64,000 nucleotides of DNA, from NCBI GenBank assembly GCA_951406725.2, contig OX597819.1, positions 82,274,001 to 82,338,000 of the forward strand, given 5' to 3'. The position numbers and the translations under genes were made by a program. The notes under the pieces were generated by a model, which worked only from the letters and a program-made list of their open reading frames with translations, ran no database searches and was not told the origin of the DNA. This DNA is from Octopus vulgaris (Eukaryota). Of this stretch, positions 41,991-53,800 are shown one piece after another (the stretch's first letter is position 1; the number at the start of each line of letters is the position of its first letter).

Positions 41991-42440
41991 ATGGCAAATA
42001 CTAAATGCACAGACAGAGAAAGAGTGAGAGAGAGAGAGAGAGAGAGAGATAAAGAGAGCAAGGGAGTAGGATAAAATAATTGTGAGAAATAGAAATAGAA
42101 AGAAAAAGAAAAAAGAAAGAAAAGAAGGCAAGATTATCAGGGCTAATTGAGTTCATAATGTGACAGATGACAAGCTGAAGGGATGATAGATTGTATTTAG
42201 TCATTAATGTAGCACTGTTTCCATAACCAATCTTAATTTAAATAATTACTTATGAACAATACCAATGGCTATGCTCTGCAGGAAAACCAAATTGTAAAGT
42301 TAGTGTTGACATCTTTAATGTTGCAAGTGAAGCAACTTTATTCATTTAAAATTAAACCTATATGTGTGTGTATGTGTACATGTTTATGTGTTTTTGCATG
42401 TACATGTGTCTATAGTGTGTGTGTGTGTGTATGTATGTGT

Positions 42441-43235
42441 ATCATCATCATCGTTTAATGTCCATTTTCCACACTAGCACGGGTTGGACGGTTCGACCGG
42501 GGTCTGGGGAACCAGGGGCTGCACCAGGCTCCACTCTGATCTGGCAATGTTTCTACAGCTGGATGCCCTTCCTAACGCCAACCACTCCGAGAGTGTAGTG
42601 GGTGCTTTTTACGTGCCACCAGCACTGGTGCCAGGGGAGTCTGGCATCGGCCACAATCGGTTGGTGCTTTTAACGTTCCACCAGCATGGAAGCCAGTCGA
42701 GGCGGCGCTGGCATCGGCCACGTTCGGATGGTGTTTTTATGTGCCACCGGCACAGGTATCACAACTACTATTTCCATTGATATTTATTTCGATGTTCATG
42801 TACTTGACTCAATAGGTCTCCTCAAGCACAGCGGGATGTTCTGGAATCCAAAGTACTTTGAATGGGCAAGGGCTATGCGGAACTGGTGTAGGAAGCAGCC
42901 CGGGTCTTTGCAGTCACAGCATATCTCCAGAGATCTCAGTCCTCCACCATTGCCTCTGTGAGGCCCAACGCTCTGAGGTCATGCTTGACTACCTCATCCC
43001 ATGTCTTCCTAGGTCTACCTCTTCCCCTGATACCTTCAACTGTTTGGGAGCGGCACTTCTTCACACATCTCTCCTCATCCATCCGCAGTACATGACCATA
43101 CCATCACAAGCGTCGCTCTTGCACACCACATCTGATGCTTCTTATGTCCAGCATTTCTCTCAGGGTGCTTACCCTCTGTCGTACGCACACACTGACATTA
43201 CACATCCAGCAGATCATGCTAGCTTCATTTCTTTC
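42441..43235 (-). mobile_element. RTE LINE 3' fragment (ORF end, 3'UTR, tail)
   Basis: ERNEASMICWMCNVSV..IRCGVQERRL..WYGHV; (CAT)n tail at 42441. Confidence 0.92.
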
Positions 43236-44046
43236 ACATTTAACGTATAGAATTACGTCTATGATCATCAGCAGAACTGATTCTGAACACATCATAAATA
43301 AACGACCAACTTTACCTGGCGAAGACGAATAGATATCTATTCACTCCGGCGAAGCACATGGAAATGTTTATAAATCATATATTCGGTAAATGGCGGGCTT
43401 TTTCAAACTGCATGTCGGGTAAGAAAAGTATTTCGGAATAAATTTAACAATTAAGGATAACCTCTTAATAAGGAATCTTAACAAGAAATTATCAGGTAGT
43501 TAGCGTGAAAAACCTCATAAGAGAAAAAATTCGAAAATAATTTTTTTCTTTTGAACATATTAATTATATTTTATAGAGGGCATTATTACACATAAATGCC
43601 TCACACTAAGAGGGATAAAGCCCGCCATTTACCGAATATATGATTTATAAACATTTCCATGTGCTTCGCCGGAGTGAATAGATATCTATTCGTCTTCGCC
43701 AGGTAAAGTTGGTCGTTTATTTATGATGTGCTCAGAATCAGTTCTGCTGATGATCATAGACGTAATTCTATACGTTAAATGTGAAATCACGGGTGATACA
43801 GAACTAAATTCATTTTTTTTTAATGTCTTGCTTTGAAAAACTGCATTAGGTATGATTAGTGTAATTTTGGTAGTAATGACATTTGTCCCTCTTAGTGTGA
43901 GGCATTTATGTGTAATAATGCCCTCTATAAAATATAATTAATATGTTCAAAAGAAAAAAATTATTTTTTCTCTTATGATGTTTTTCACGCTAACTACCTG
44001 ATAATTTCTTGTTAAGATTCCTTATTAAGAGGTTATCCTTAATTGT

Positions 44047-44051
<5 letters not shown>
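43232..44051. mobile_element. Retrozyme-like non-coding HHR element with interleaved inverted repeats A B A' x B'
   Basis: A 43232-43401 is the reverse complement of A' 43617-43786; B 43442-43615 is the reverse complement of B' 43886-44051; HHR at 43740-43805; ends in (TA)n. Confidence 0.8.
43740..43805 (+). ncRNA. Type I hammerhead ribozyme motif
   Basis: Stem I AGTTCTG/CAGAACT; core CTGATGA; stem II CAT..ACGTA/TACGT..ATG with a U-U closing pair; GAAA; stem III ATCAC-GG-GTGAT; predicted cleavage after ATA (A43798). Confidence 0.75.
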
Positions 44052-44089
<38 letters not shown>

Positions 44090-44093
44090 GTAT

Positions 44094-44460
44094 GAGCGGC
44101 TGTGTGGTAAGTAGCTTGCTAACCAACCACATGATTCCGGATTCAGTCCCACTGCGTGGCACCTTGGGCAAGTGTCTTCTGCTATAGCCCCGGGCTGACC
44201 AATGCCTTGTGAGTGGATTTGGTAGACGGAAACTGAAAGAAGCCTGTCGTATATATGTATATATATATGTATGTGTGTGTGTGTGTTTGTGTGTCTGTGT
44301 TTGTCTCCCTAGCATTGCTTGACAACCGATGCTGGTGTGTTTACGTCTCCGTCACTTAGCGGTTACTGGGCTTACAAAGAATAAGTCCCGGGGTCGATTT
44401 GCTCGACTAAAGGCGGTGCTCCAGCATGGCCGCAGTCAAATGACTGAAACAAGTAAAAAG
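44094..44460 (+). mobile_element. SINE family 1, young copy with a small internal deletion
   Basis: CpG-retaining match to 15060-15470. Confidence 0.92.
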
Positions 44461-46257
44461 GCAGATTTTATCTGCCTCCCTTTACCAGTTATAGAAATCT
44501 ACAATATAGGATTTCTTCAATTACAATTTACCTAGCATTTTTAAGAGTAGAATGCATCGAGTCATGCCAGGTCCAGTTTTTAAAATTTAAACTCCAATTA
44601 AGCAAAATTTACAGAAAACTCACATTCTGGTGTGTATGTCAAATGCTTTTCTTAATGTGGTTTACACCACACGCACGCAGTGTGCAACGAATAAAGTGAA
44701 AGTAAATCACTGTGTGTGTGTTGACAAGTAGACAATAGAATGCGATAGCGATGTAATATTTGTTTCTGTCTATCACGCTGATAGATACATGAGTAAAATG
44801 TATGGCAAGCTAAGAGATAAGAGTGAGTGAAAATGTTCTTGGAAGAGAGTAAATAGCGACAGAGTGATTTGAGGAAGACTAAACTGAAAGTATTTCTATA
44901 AAACGGATCACTCATGCTATCAACATAATTTCTCCCACTTTCTCTTTGCAAGTGTACCTTAAACCACTACTCAAAAAATAAAAAAACGCAGCAAACAGAA
45001 ACAAATAAATACATAACGATTTACTCCTCACACAATTTCTTCAATTAGAGTTTACCTAAGATTTTTCAAAGTACTCCATTCGGTCATGCCATAACAAATT
45101 TCTTTCAATTTCACCCCCAATTAAGACAAAATTCAAGAAAACTCAATATTTTAACATTTCACTCCGAAAGCATTGATGTACATGTGTGCGTGCGTGAGTG
45201 TGTGTGTGTGTGTGTTTGATGGGTTGTGCGACACAGAAAGTGTGGTGTGTAAGTGAAGTGCTTTTGTTAGTGTGTGTAAAGAGACAGAGAGAGTGAAAGA
45301 CAGAAATAACTGAACTTTTTTTATTCACTTTTTGTAGTGAGTGACTGAGAGAGAAAAGAGAGAGAGAGGTTATGTATGTATATATGTATGTATGGCTTCA
45401 GTGACACACACACACACAAAAACACATACCTACGTACACCTAAAGCACGCACACACACACAAGCGGAGCGTGAACTTCAAAATTTTGGTAGTATTAATTT
45501 GCGAGCGTACTTCTAAGTGCGCGTAATTGAAAGTTTTCACTATGATATCATCACGTGCGAAAAAATTCGAAGGGTTTTGAACAATTGAGATACAGATGTC
45601 ACGCCTGTATTGAAACCATTGCTAAGCTGCCGTAATTGCTTAATTAAGACTTTGTTTAAATTGAAAGGGGCAAATATGTGACGAGGTTGAAAAAAAATAC
45701 CCCAGAAAAAAAATGTACTGCTGGTATTTATATAATTCACTACTATTTTGCTACAATGTCATGAAAAAGAAAAAATTTAGGTATGTACAACATATATTAT
45801 ATATTTTTTCTATTCATTCAACGAAAATAAAAAAAATCGAATTCGCCACCCCCTTTTCCCCGTTCGCGTTTGTGTAAAAAAAATTATTATTTAAGTTTTA
45901 AAAATTATTTACTTTGTTCAAAAAATATTAATATTAATTAATTTTCAAGAATTATTTAATTTTATTCTGTAAAATAGTAATTAATTCATTTATCTGTAAA
46001 TCCGCGAGGTTGTTACTCAGGCACCTCGTAATAGCAGCCAGATTTTTATATTCTAAATAATTTGCAATTTCAAAAAATATATTAATTTTGCGTTATTTAA
46101 TTTGATAAATTCTACGGAATAATTTTGCGCGTTATATACGTTCGCGTTTCTGTAAAAAAAAGTAATTATTTAAGGGCGATCGAGTATCGAGTACCTACGT
46201 CTGGCTCGCATGCGCGAATCCGCGTGTGCGCAACCGGGACCACTCTGCGATACAAGT
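44459..46257. mobile_element. Unclassified CpG-rich element, possibly Helitron/Helentron-like
   Basis: Hairpin AGGCAGAT-TTT-ATCTGCCT at the start; internal degenerate duplications (44560-44622 vs 45084-45145; 45863-45896 vs 46141-46173); GC-rich end ..GCGATACAAGT. Confidence 0.35.
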
Positions 46258-46326
46258 ACCCAATATATACATCCATACATACATGTGTGTGTGTGTCTAT
46301 GTATGTGTATTAATGTGTGTGTGTTA

Positions 46327-46684
46327 TCTCTATATAAAGCTAAAGTTGTCTGTGTGTGCCACGTTTGGTAACCTTCAACTAACACTATCTCCTCCGAGAC
46401 CCTGCGGCGCAAGTTGACCAAAATTGAGAGTATGATAGAAGAAGGGTTGCTCTTCCTTCCGTAGAACATAAAATTCAAATCGGACCATGATAACACCAAA
46501 AATTATTTACATCAAAAAGATGCTTTTTTCTATGAAAATCCCTATTTTTTACGATTTTTTCACTGCTGTGTCGCCACTTTTTGGTGTATTTCGACCAGAA
46601 AAATGTTCACAAAATTTTTACTTTTCAAAATTACAATTCCAGCGGGTCGAAACAAACCCGAGCAACGCCGGGCGATACTGCTAG
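46327..46684 (+). mobile_element. Non-autonomous Helitron
   Basis: A|TC 5' end TCTCTATATAAAGC; 3' hairpin CCCG-AGCAACGC-CGGG (46657-46672); CTAG|T end; no TSD. Confidence 0.8.
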
Positions 46685-46922
46685 TATATATATATGTATA
46701 TGTATGTATGTATATGTATGTATATATATGTATATGTATATGTATATATATATATGTATATGTATGTATGTATATGTATGTATATATATGTATATGTATA
46801 TGTATGTATATATATGTATATGTATATGTATGTATATATATGTATATGTATATGTATGTATATATATGTATATGTGTATATATATGCATATATATATATA
46901 TATACACATGTGTGTGTGTGTG
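46685..46922. repeat. Compound (TA)/(TATG)n microsatellite
   Basis: Direct reading. Confidence 0.95.
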
Positions 46923-47659
46923 TTTTACAGAATGTGTATGTGAATAAGTAATGAATAAATGATTTTGAATAATGTTTCAGAATTCTTAGTTTCTCAGTTA
47001 TTGATTAATATTATTTTTTTCTCTCAATTCTGATAGTCTTGAAAAATAAACACTTGTGAAGCTTTATACCAGAAGTCAAACAGTTTATTAGACAGCAAGT
47101 TGTACTGAACTTATTAAATTTGATCTATGACCTAAATCTAGTTAGAAGTTAAAAACTTATAATGATCTATCATAAAAGAAACCTATCAATCTTCAATATA
47201 GATATACATATATCTGAAAGTAGAAAAAAACACCCTGAAGAAATTAATATTTTAAGTATATATTATATATATATATATATATATCAAGCGTCAAAACAAT
47301 GTTAAAATTGATTCCATCTTGTAAGATTGAATGATAGTAAGTAGAAAACCAATAGAGTACTTTACATCGTTTCTTTACAAATTACAATGCCATCATTTCT
47401 ATTAGTAATAGATAAATATATATAAACACTTTTAAGTACTCATATTATATTGTAAATAATATATTAAGCATAATAATGATGGTTAAATAAATAAATAAAT
47501 ATATAAATAAATTTAAAAATACATGTTTCTCCTCTTCAATCTGTTCATACTTCAATAAAAATATTAGCATTCCTGCTTTTAAGATTTAAAATTAGTTTTC
47601 ATACACACACACATGTCATAGTACTATAGTATCCACCAGACCATCAAATGCTGTTATAC

Positions 47660-47965
47660 ACCACTAGTCACAGTATGCTTCCAGTTCTGTCTTGCACCAT
47701 TTTTTCTATCTTGACCCAAACTGCTTAACTAAATTGTCTTCCCATTATCTTGGTGGCATTCCAAGTTGCTTTTCTGATCTCTGGATACCACTCAGCAACT
47801 GCATGGGTCCACCTCTTTTGACATGTCCAGACCAGCAGATCTTATATTTTCAGTACTCTATGATTACATCATTCACTCTACACTGTTCCTGAATTATCTC
47901 ATTTCAAATGTGTTCTTGTAATGATATTCCAAGCATGGATCATTCTATGGCCCTTTGCATTGTAG
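47660..47965 (-). mobile_element. Old RTE-clade LINE ORF-end fragment, second RTE family
   Basis: Minus strand MQRAIE*SMLGISLQEHI..ICWSGHV..RWTHAVAEWYP. Confidence 0.65.
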
Positions 47966-48009
47966 TTGATCAATGTTCTATCCTTTCATAGTAGCCCAAT
48001 TCTCATTTG

Positions 48010-48550
48010 CATACCATGATCCACTTCATCAAAAGCTTTTGCAAAGTCAAGGTATCTTACGTCCACATATGAGTTGATGAGTAACTGCCTCAAAACCCAG
48101 TTATAGTGCTGTAAGAGCTGGGTCAGGCAGCTCTTACCTGGTCGAAAGCCATGCTGGGTATCACTCAGCAAGTCGTTTTCTTCAAGGAATGTGATTAGTT
48201 TCTCTCTGATTGTCCATTCCATAACTTTGCTGATGTGTGAAGTCAGAGAGATAGGCCTATAATTTTTAGGCATCTGCTCTGCTTCCCCTTTTCTGGATTG
48301 GGCATATTATTGCCTCCTTCAGTTTGCTTGGCAGCCTGCCATTTGCAAGAAGGCTCTGGAAGGGAATCTGTAGTGGTTTCACCAGGGCACACTTGCACGA
48401 TTTAAGGAGGATTGCTGGGAAACCATCAGGACCAGCAGTTGAGTTTGCGTCTACCACATCTATGGCTAGTAGTATATCTTATTCACTAATGTAGATGTAA
48501 TCCATCATAACTGCCTCACTGGTTATAGGTGAGGTGTCAAAGAAATCCAA
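48010..48550 (-). mobile_element. CR1/L2-group LINE reverse-transcriptase fragment, frameshifted
   Basis: AGPDGFPAILLK..NYRPISLTSHISKVME..QHGFRPGKSCLTQLL..YLDFAKAFD. Confidence 0.9.
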
Positions 48551-50571
48551 TTCTTTTTCATGTGACTATGTAATGGTTTGCTTTCTTTGGAGATGTTGAC
48601 AACTTAAAATTGAAATGAAGTAAGGTGTTGGAAAAGAAATACTTCTTTGTTCTTCTCATAATATAATATAAAAACATCAAACTCTAATTCTTTAAACAGA
48701 ACTTCAAAGCATGAATTCTTTAAAACCCTTAATGTAAATGAATGTCACTGATTTAGTTGAATGAAAGCAAATATCTGTATGCAGGTTATCTAAATCTTGT
48801 GAATTTTATTTACATTTCATGTTTTACTCAATTTCTTTATAATTTACTCAATATCTTTCTTTTTATTTTAGTCTTTTCCTTCTTTTAACTTGAGATATAA
48901 AAAAAAAATTAGGGTTGGTTCAGAATACAAAATAATCTTGGAGAACATAGTTGTGCTTTAAAGTCTCTGTTACTATCTCCCTGTTATACTTAATGCATTT
49001 ATTCTTCTTTCCATAGTACGTGAGAGCCAATCAGTCTCATATAATCATTATCAGATCAGAAAATATTTGTTTCTGAACATGAAGTGTCCTTAAAAAGTAT
49101 GGTTTTTATTGTTAATCCCAGGTCAGACTTGATTCAGTATTCCTATCCTCAAAAGCATTACAGCTATGATAGCCTATTCAATATGTTCTTTTTTTCTAAG
49201 ATATTAGTGTAGGATTTGAAGATGGGTCACTTTTTTTTGCTATTGGAATGACTAAACAGAGGCTTCCTGTTGGTTTTGTTCAGTGTGTAGCAGAGCACAT
49301 CTGCTACTACAAAAACAATTTGAATTAAAAATCAACTTCACTCACCTTACTGCCTTTTACCAATCCTCCTGTCCGCTAAAATAATATTAACTTCTACAGT
49401 ATTTGTGTTGAATTACAATTACATTCTGTACACAAAATCAATTGTTCTGCTAAAATCTTTCCATTTTGTAATAGCTTTTCAAAGAATATGAAGCAACTTG
49501 AAAATTAGGTCTAAAACTACCACAATGCATTTTATTCAATATGAAATTTTAAAAGAAAGTGAGATCAGGTGTGTTTTTGAAAATATCTCTCTTAAAAAAA
49601 TGTAATTGTTCAAGATATCATTATTATAATTACTGCTATGTAGTTATATGTGCAACTATCATATCAGAATGGTCAGTTTAAGTGTCTTTTACACAGCAAC
49701 TTTGTTGGCACCTGGGGATATATAATAGGTAAATAATTAATCTCATTAACAATGCATTCCAAAAAAATATATCTGACTCTTTTTAATTCCCACAATAGTT
49801 TTTGTCTGCCATAACTGATAATAATGATTGTCTGAATGACATCTAGTTGTCATTCAAAATTGATTAAGAAATTTAAGTGGTAGCCAATAAGAGACATCAG
49901 TAACCATAGTGATCTTGATATATGTAGTAAAGTAATTGCTAGCACAAATTGTGAATGTGGTAACTTTAATTAATCAAGATTGTATCAAGAAAAGGTAAAT
50001 ATTTACAATGCTTAAATCAGTCCAAACAAAGATAACGGTAACAACTCAAAATCAAATTTTAAAAAAATTGTTTTTTTGGAAATAGATTGATGCATTAAAG
50101 TCTCAGTTAATTAAAATTGGAAATAAGTAATATGGTAAAGGAAAGAATAATCTGATATTTGGCAGACACAATGACAGCTCTAGATATGTTTCAGTTTCAT
50201 TAGGCATTGTCAGCAAAGCATACTCATTCCCTTGTCTGCCAGCTTAATAAAGAGAAAGCAAAGCATGTATACACAGAGTATGTTTACTGGTGCAAAGTCA
50301 GAGAGAAATAATCCAAGGATATTATGTACAGATTTGTTGTAATCAACAACATTCATAAGGATCAGATTTAAAATGGATACCCAGTGGGATTAAACTTAAT
50401 AACTGTAGTAATCTTACACAAAATAATGCCATTGTGTGCATTGATAAAAATTACTAAAAGTTATTGGAAAATTGAAAATTGATGTCTTTGAAAGAGATAA
50501 AAGCCTAACTTGAAAATTCATTACTTCCACTCCCTCTCCAATGTGTTTAATTAGTTTTACGCCATAACAAT

Positions 50572-50665
50572 GCATGTGAAGGTACATAGCTTAGTAGTTA
50601 GGGTATTTAGCTGATCATTGCGAGTTCAAGTCCGGGCAGCACATTATGTCTTTAGGCAAGATACA
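50572..50665 (+). mobile_element. SINE family 2 head fragment
   Basis: GCTTAGTAGTTAGGGTATT..GAGTTCAAGTCC..TGTCTTTAGGCAAGATAC. Confidence 0.6.
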
Positions 50666-50699
50666 ACTATTTCCACCTCTATCTTTTATAAACTAACTG

Positions 50700-51560
50700 A
50701 CTCCCACTTCTGTCTTAATTTCATAATATCATTCTCTACTCACACCACATCTACTGTCTCCTAATTCCTCCAGTGCAGCCACATCTCTAACTATAAGCCT
50801 ACCTTCAAGACTCAGTCTCAGTGTATTATCAGCCACATCACAAGATATGGTTACTCAGAATCAGCAATCTACATGCATCTCTGCAGCAGCAATGTCACTT
50901 ATACTTCTGTCCTGGTATTTTTTATCCTCCCACTATCAACTGTCATCCCTTCCTCACATTGCTTACCATCCTACCATATTGCCTTTTCAGTGTTCCATCC
51001 TGCAGTACTTCCGTCTCTTCCAATCCTGCTCCACTTCTTCCCACCTCTTACCTAAACAACCCATTATCTCCTTCAGAAATGCCTCAACCTACATAACTTG
51101 CAAGTTCATAGTTCTTCCCTGTTTTCCACACTCAACCCAAATCCTATCTCCATCACTGCCACTGTACCTATCTCTTCATCATACTATAATTTCCACAGCA
51201 GGACCTAACAACCCATCCCTCCACCTCACTAAATTGTTCCCCAACAACCCCTCCTTCCACTTCACTAAATAGTTCTTATCAGCTGTATAAAACATCAATT
51301 ATATTGCCAGATACAGGTAGGTGATACTGGTCAGTGACTACGAGATCAATTTAGGCAGCATCTTTTAGGCTACCGCTGAAACAGTGCCAGATCATCTGAG
51401 GTTCACCAGCTTCAACTCTCTAGACCACACTTCTCTGCACCTCAACTTCAGTAGTTTTGTCTTACATAATGGTTTCTAATTATCTCAATTACAATGTGAA
51501 CAACAACTACTCTTCTATCTTGGTACTGCACATCCACATTGTTTTGAATAATTGACACCT
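50700..51560 (+). mobile_element. Decayed Neptune-type Penelope-like element, 3' part
   Basis: Remnants ..YKPT.., VGDTGQ*LRDQFRQHL (GIY-YIG YxGxT..R..H), FNSLDH, EQQLLFYLGTAHPH. Confidence 0.6.
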
Positions 51561-52611
51561 TCTAGTAACATATTCAAACCCACATGCCTACAGCCAAAAT
51601 ATCAATCCCACCACACAGCTTTCTAGCATTCAGCAGTGGTGCACACTTACAGTCATACTTCACAGTGATGCATAAACTGATAGTACATCACACTTTCAAC
51701 AATCTGTTTTTGCCTTCATTCACTTACCCTGCTTCATTGTTTTACCTGTCAATACCTTATTATTTCAACACTTCTAGCAATTAAGTTCAGTTAAAGAACA
51801 TACATTTCCTTCTTTCAAAAGAATATATTTTACTTTGTCTTCCATCAAAGACCCATGTTGGCAATGTCAAAAACATTCCCTCTATTCCTTCCTTACAGCA
51901 TAAAACTAAAACTAAAGTTTTTGGTGCCTTCTGGGCTTTGGATTTTTATTTTCCCATTTATTTCGCTTTGTTTCTGATACTTTCCATGAAATTAACTACT
52001 GAAGTTAACTCTTCTGAAGTTATTGCCTTGTCCTATACATACAGACTTCTTAAATCCAACCTACAGACAATCACTGTAAATATGAGTAACTTTAGCCATA
52101 ACAATGTCTGTGTGAAAATGCTAACTCTGTATCTTTGAAAAAAAAATCTATCAGGTACAACTGAAAACAGAATGATGCCAACTTAACTTAAGTTCCTCCA
52201 GTTTAGAAGAGCCATATATTCCTTTTTTGTTTGAATTTCAGTGGCATTCCTCCAAAACTGTTTTCCCTTTTTGCAAGTGTTTATAAATGTATCAGACTAA
52301 CTATCTCCCACATCTCTAATTAATTTATTGTTGCCAATACATTTTAAGATGATAAGAGGGTTGAGCTTTGATGTTCTCATGAGTAAATTAATAATAGCAG
52401 GTATGCAAAAGATAAGTTAATAACTATGAATGTTTATCCTATACAATTATTCATGTATCAGTTTTAAATTCTGGTTATCTTACCGATATAAAGATGAATT
52501 TTTCTAAACTATATTGGAATGAGAATTAAATAAATAGCAATAAAACTTTCATCCACTCAAGAAACAGTGTGAATATATTCTATATATATATATGTGTACG
52601 TGTGTGTGTGT

Positions 52612-52797
52612 GCTGTGTGTGTATCATTCACTATCTTTTTCCTCTGTCTTCCCTTCCTTGGATTTTTCTATGTTTCTGACGAAGAGCTCCGCTCAAAACG
52701 TAAAAGGCTTTTTCTATTCCTGAGCATTATACTAATACATCTGTTTGTTTTGTACACCACCTGTCTTCATCTTTTGTTTTTTTCATAAACTCTCTCT
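52612..52797 (+). mobile_element. Mini-element with minimal HHR motif (52673-52705) in TA/TG microsatellite
   Basis: TTT-CTGACGA-A-GAGC TCC GCTC-(A)AAAC-GTA-AAA; the GAAA G-to-A change is at a CpG. Confidence 0.65.
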
Positions 52798-52805
52798 ATA
52801 CATAA

Positions 52806-52882
<77 letters not shown>

Positions 52883-52980
52883 TGTATATATATATACACA
52901 AATGTATATATATACACACACATGTATATATATATATATACACATGTATATATATGTACATGTATATGTGTATATGTATA

Positions 52981-53166
52981 TAGTCAATCCAAGCAAGAAA
53001 AAACAACAACACAAGGACATGGTACAAGGACTGTGTTATTGAACGCTCAAGAAACGAAAGGGAAAAAAGAGCATTTCATTTTCAAGCGGAGCTCTTCATC
53101 AGAAATAAAGAAAAAATCCAAACAAGGAAAGATAGAGAAAGAAAATCACCAACGATACACACGTGG

Positions 53167-53168
<2 letters not shown>
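52981..53168 (-). mobile_element. Related mini-element with minimal HHR motif (53074-53105), opposite orientation
   Basis: Minus strand TTT-CTGATGA-A-GAGC TCC GCTT-GAAAA; (TA)n on both sides. Confidence 0.6.
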
Positions 53169-53211
<43 letters not shown>

Positions 53212-53352
53212 GCAATAAAGATTCAAGTCAATTTAAATGAATTTACTTGAATATGGTACCTAACTTAGATGCACCAAAAAACTATACGGTTTTAACAATA
53301 CAGTAATGTGGGGTGATTATAAGCGAGAAAGAAGCAACAAGAATGGATAAGT

Positions 53353-53443
53353 TTTTAGTACAATCGTTTCATACAAGGGCAGGCTTTATTAAAAGTTGCA
53401 AAAATTGCAGCGTATAAACGTGTCCCGTACTCATCAGCTAAAA
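53353..53443 (-). ncRNA. Type I hammerhead ribozyme motif (left arm copy)
   Basis: Reverse complement of 56183-56273 with one substitution in stem II. Confidence 0.78.
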
Positions 53444-53800
53444 TACATGTGAGTTCTCTAGACATCTTAGTGGTTCAGGCTATACTCATAAAGTAATGTA
53501 GATAATTAAGTAACATAAACAGATTTCCAAAGTTCATTAAAGTTCTTTAAAGATGATGTACAGTCTTATCACAGAATTTTAAAAAAGTTTTAATAGCATC
53601 ACAGAGAAGGTGACTTAATCCATAGTGTACATATGAATTTCCAGAGATATGAGGAGGGATTACATACTCACAGATGACAAATTTATCCATGGCCAATCAC
53701 AATGAGGTGGGTCTCAATTCCTGCTTATTAGCATTACAGAGAGGGTGAATTAATCTTTTGTATAGATGCACAATATAGAAATAAAAATAATAATATCAGC

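Noticed and set aside
50821-51272. Overlapping Pro/Ser/Leu-rich ORFs as a host gene
   Set aside because: Explained by C-rich decayed PLE sequence.
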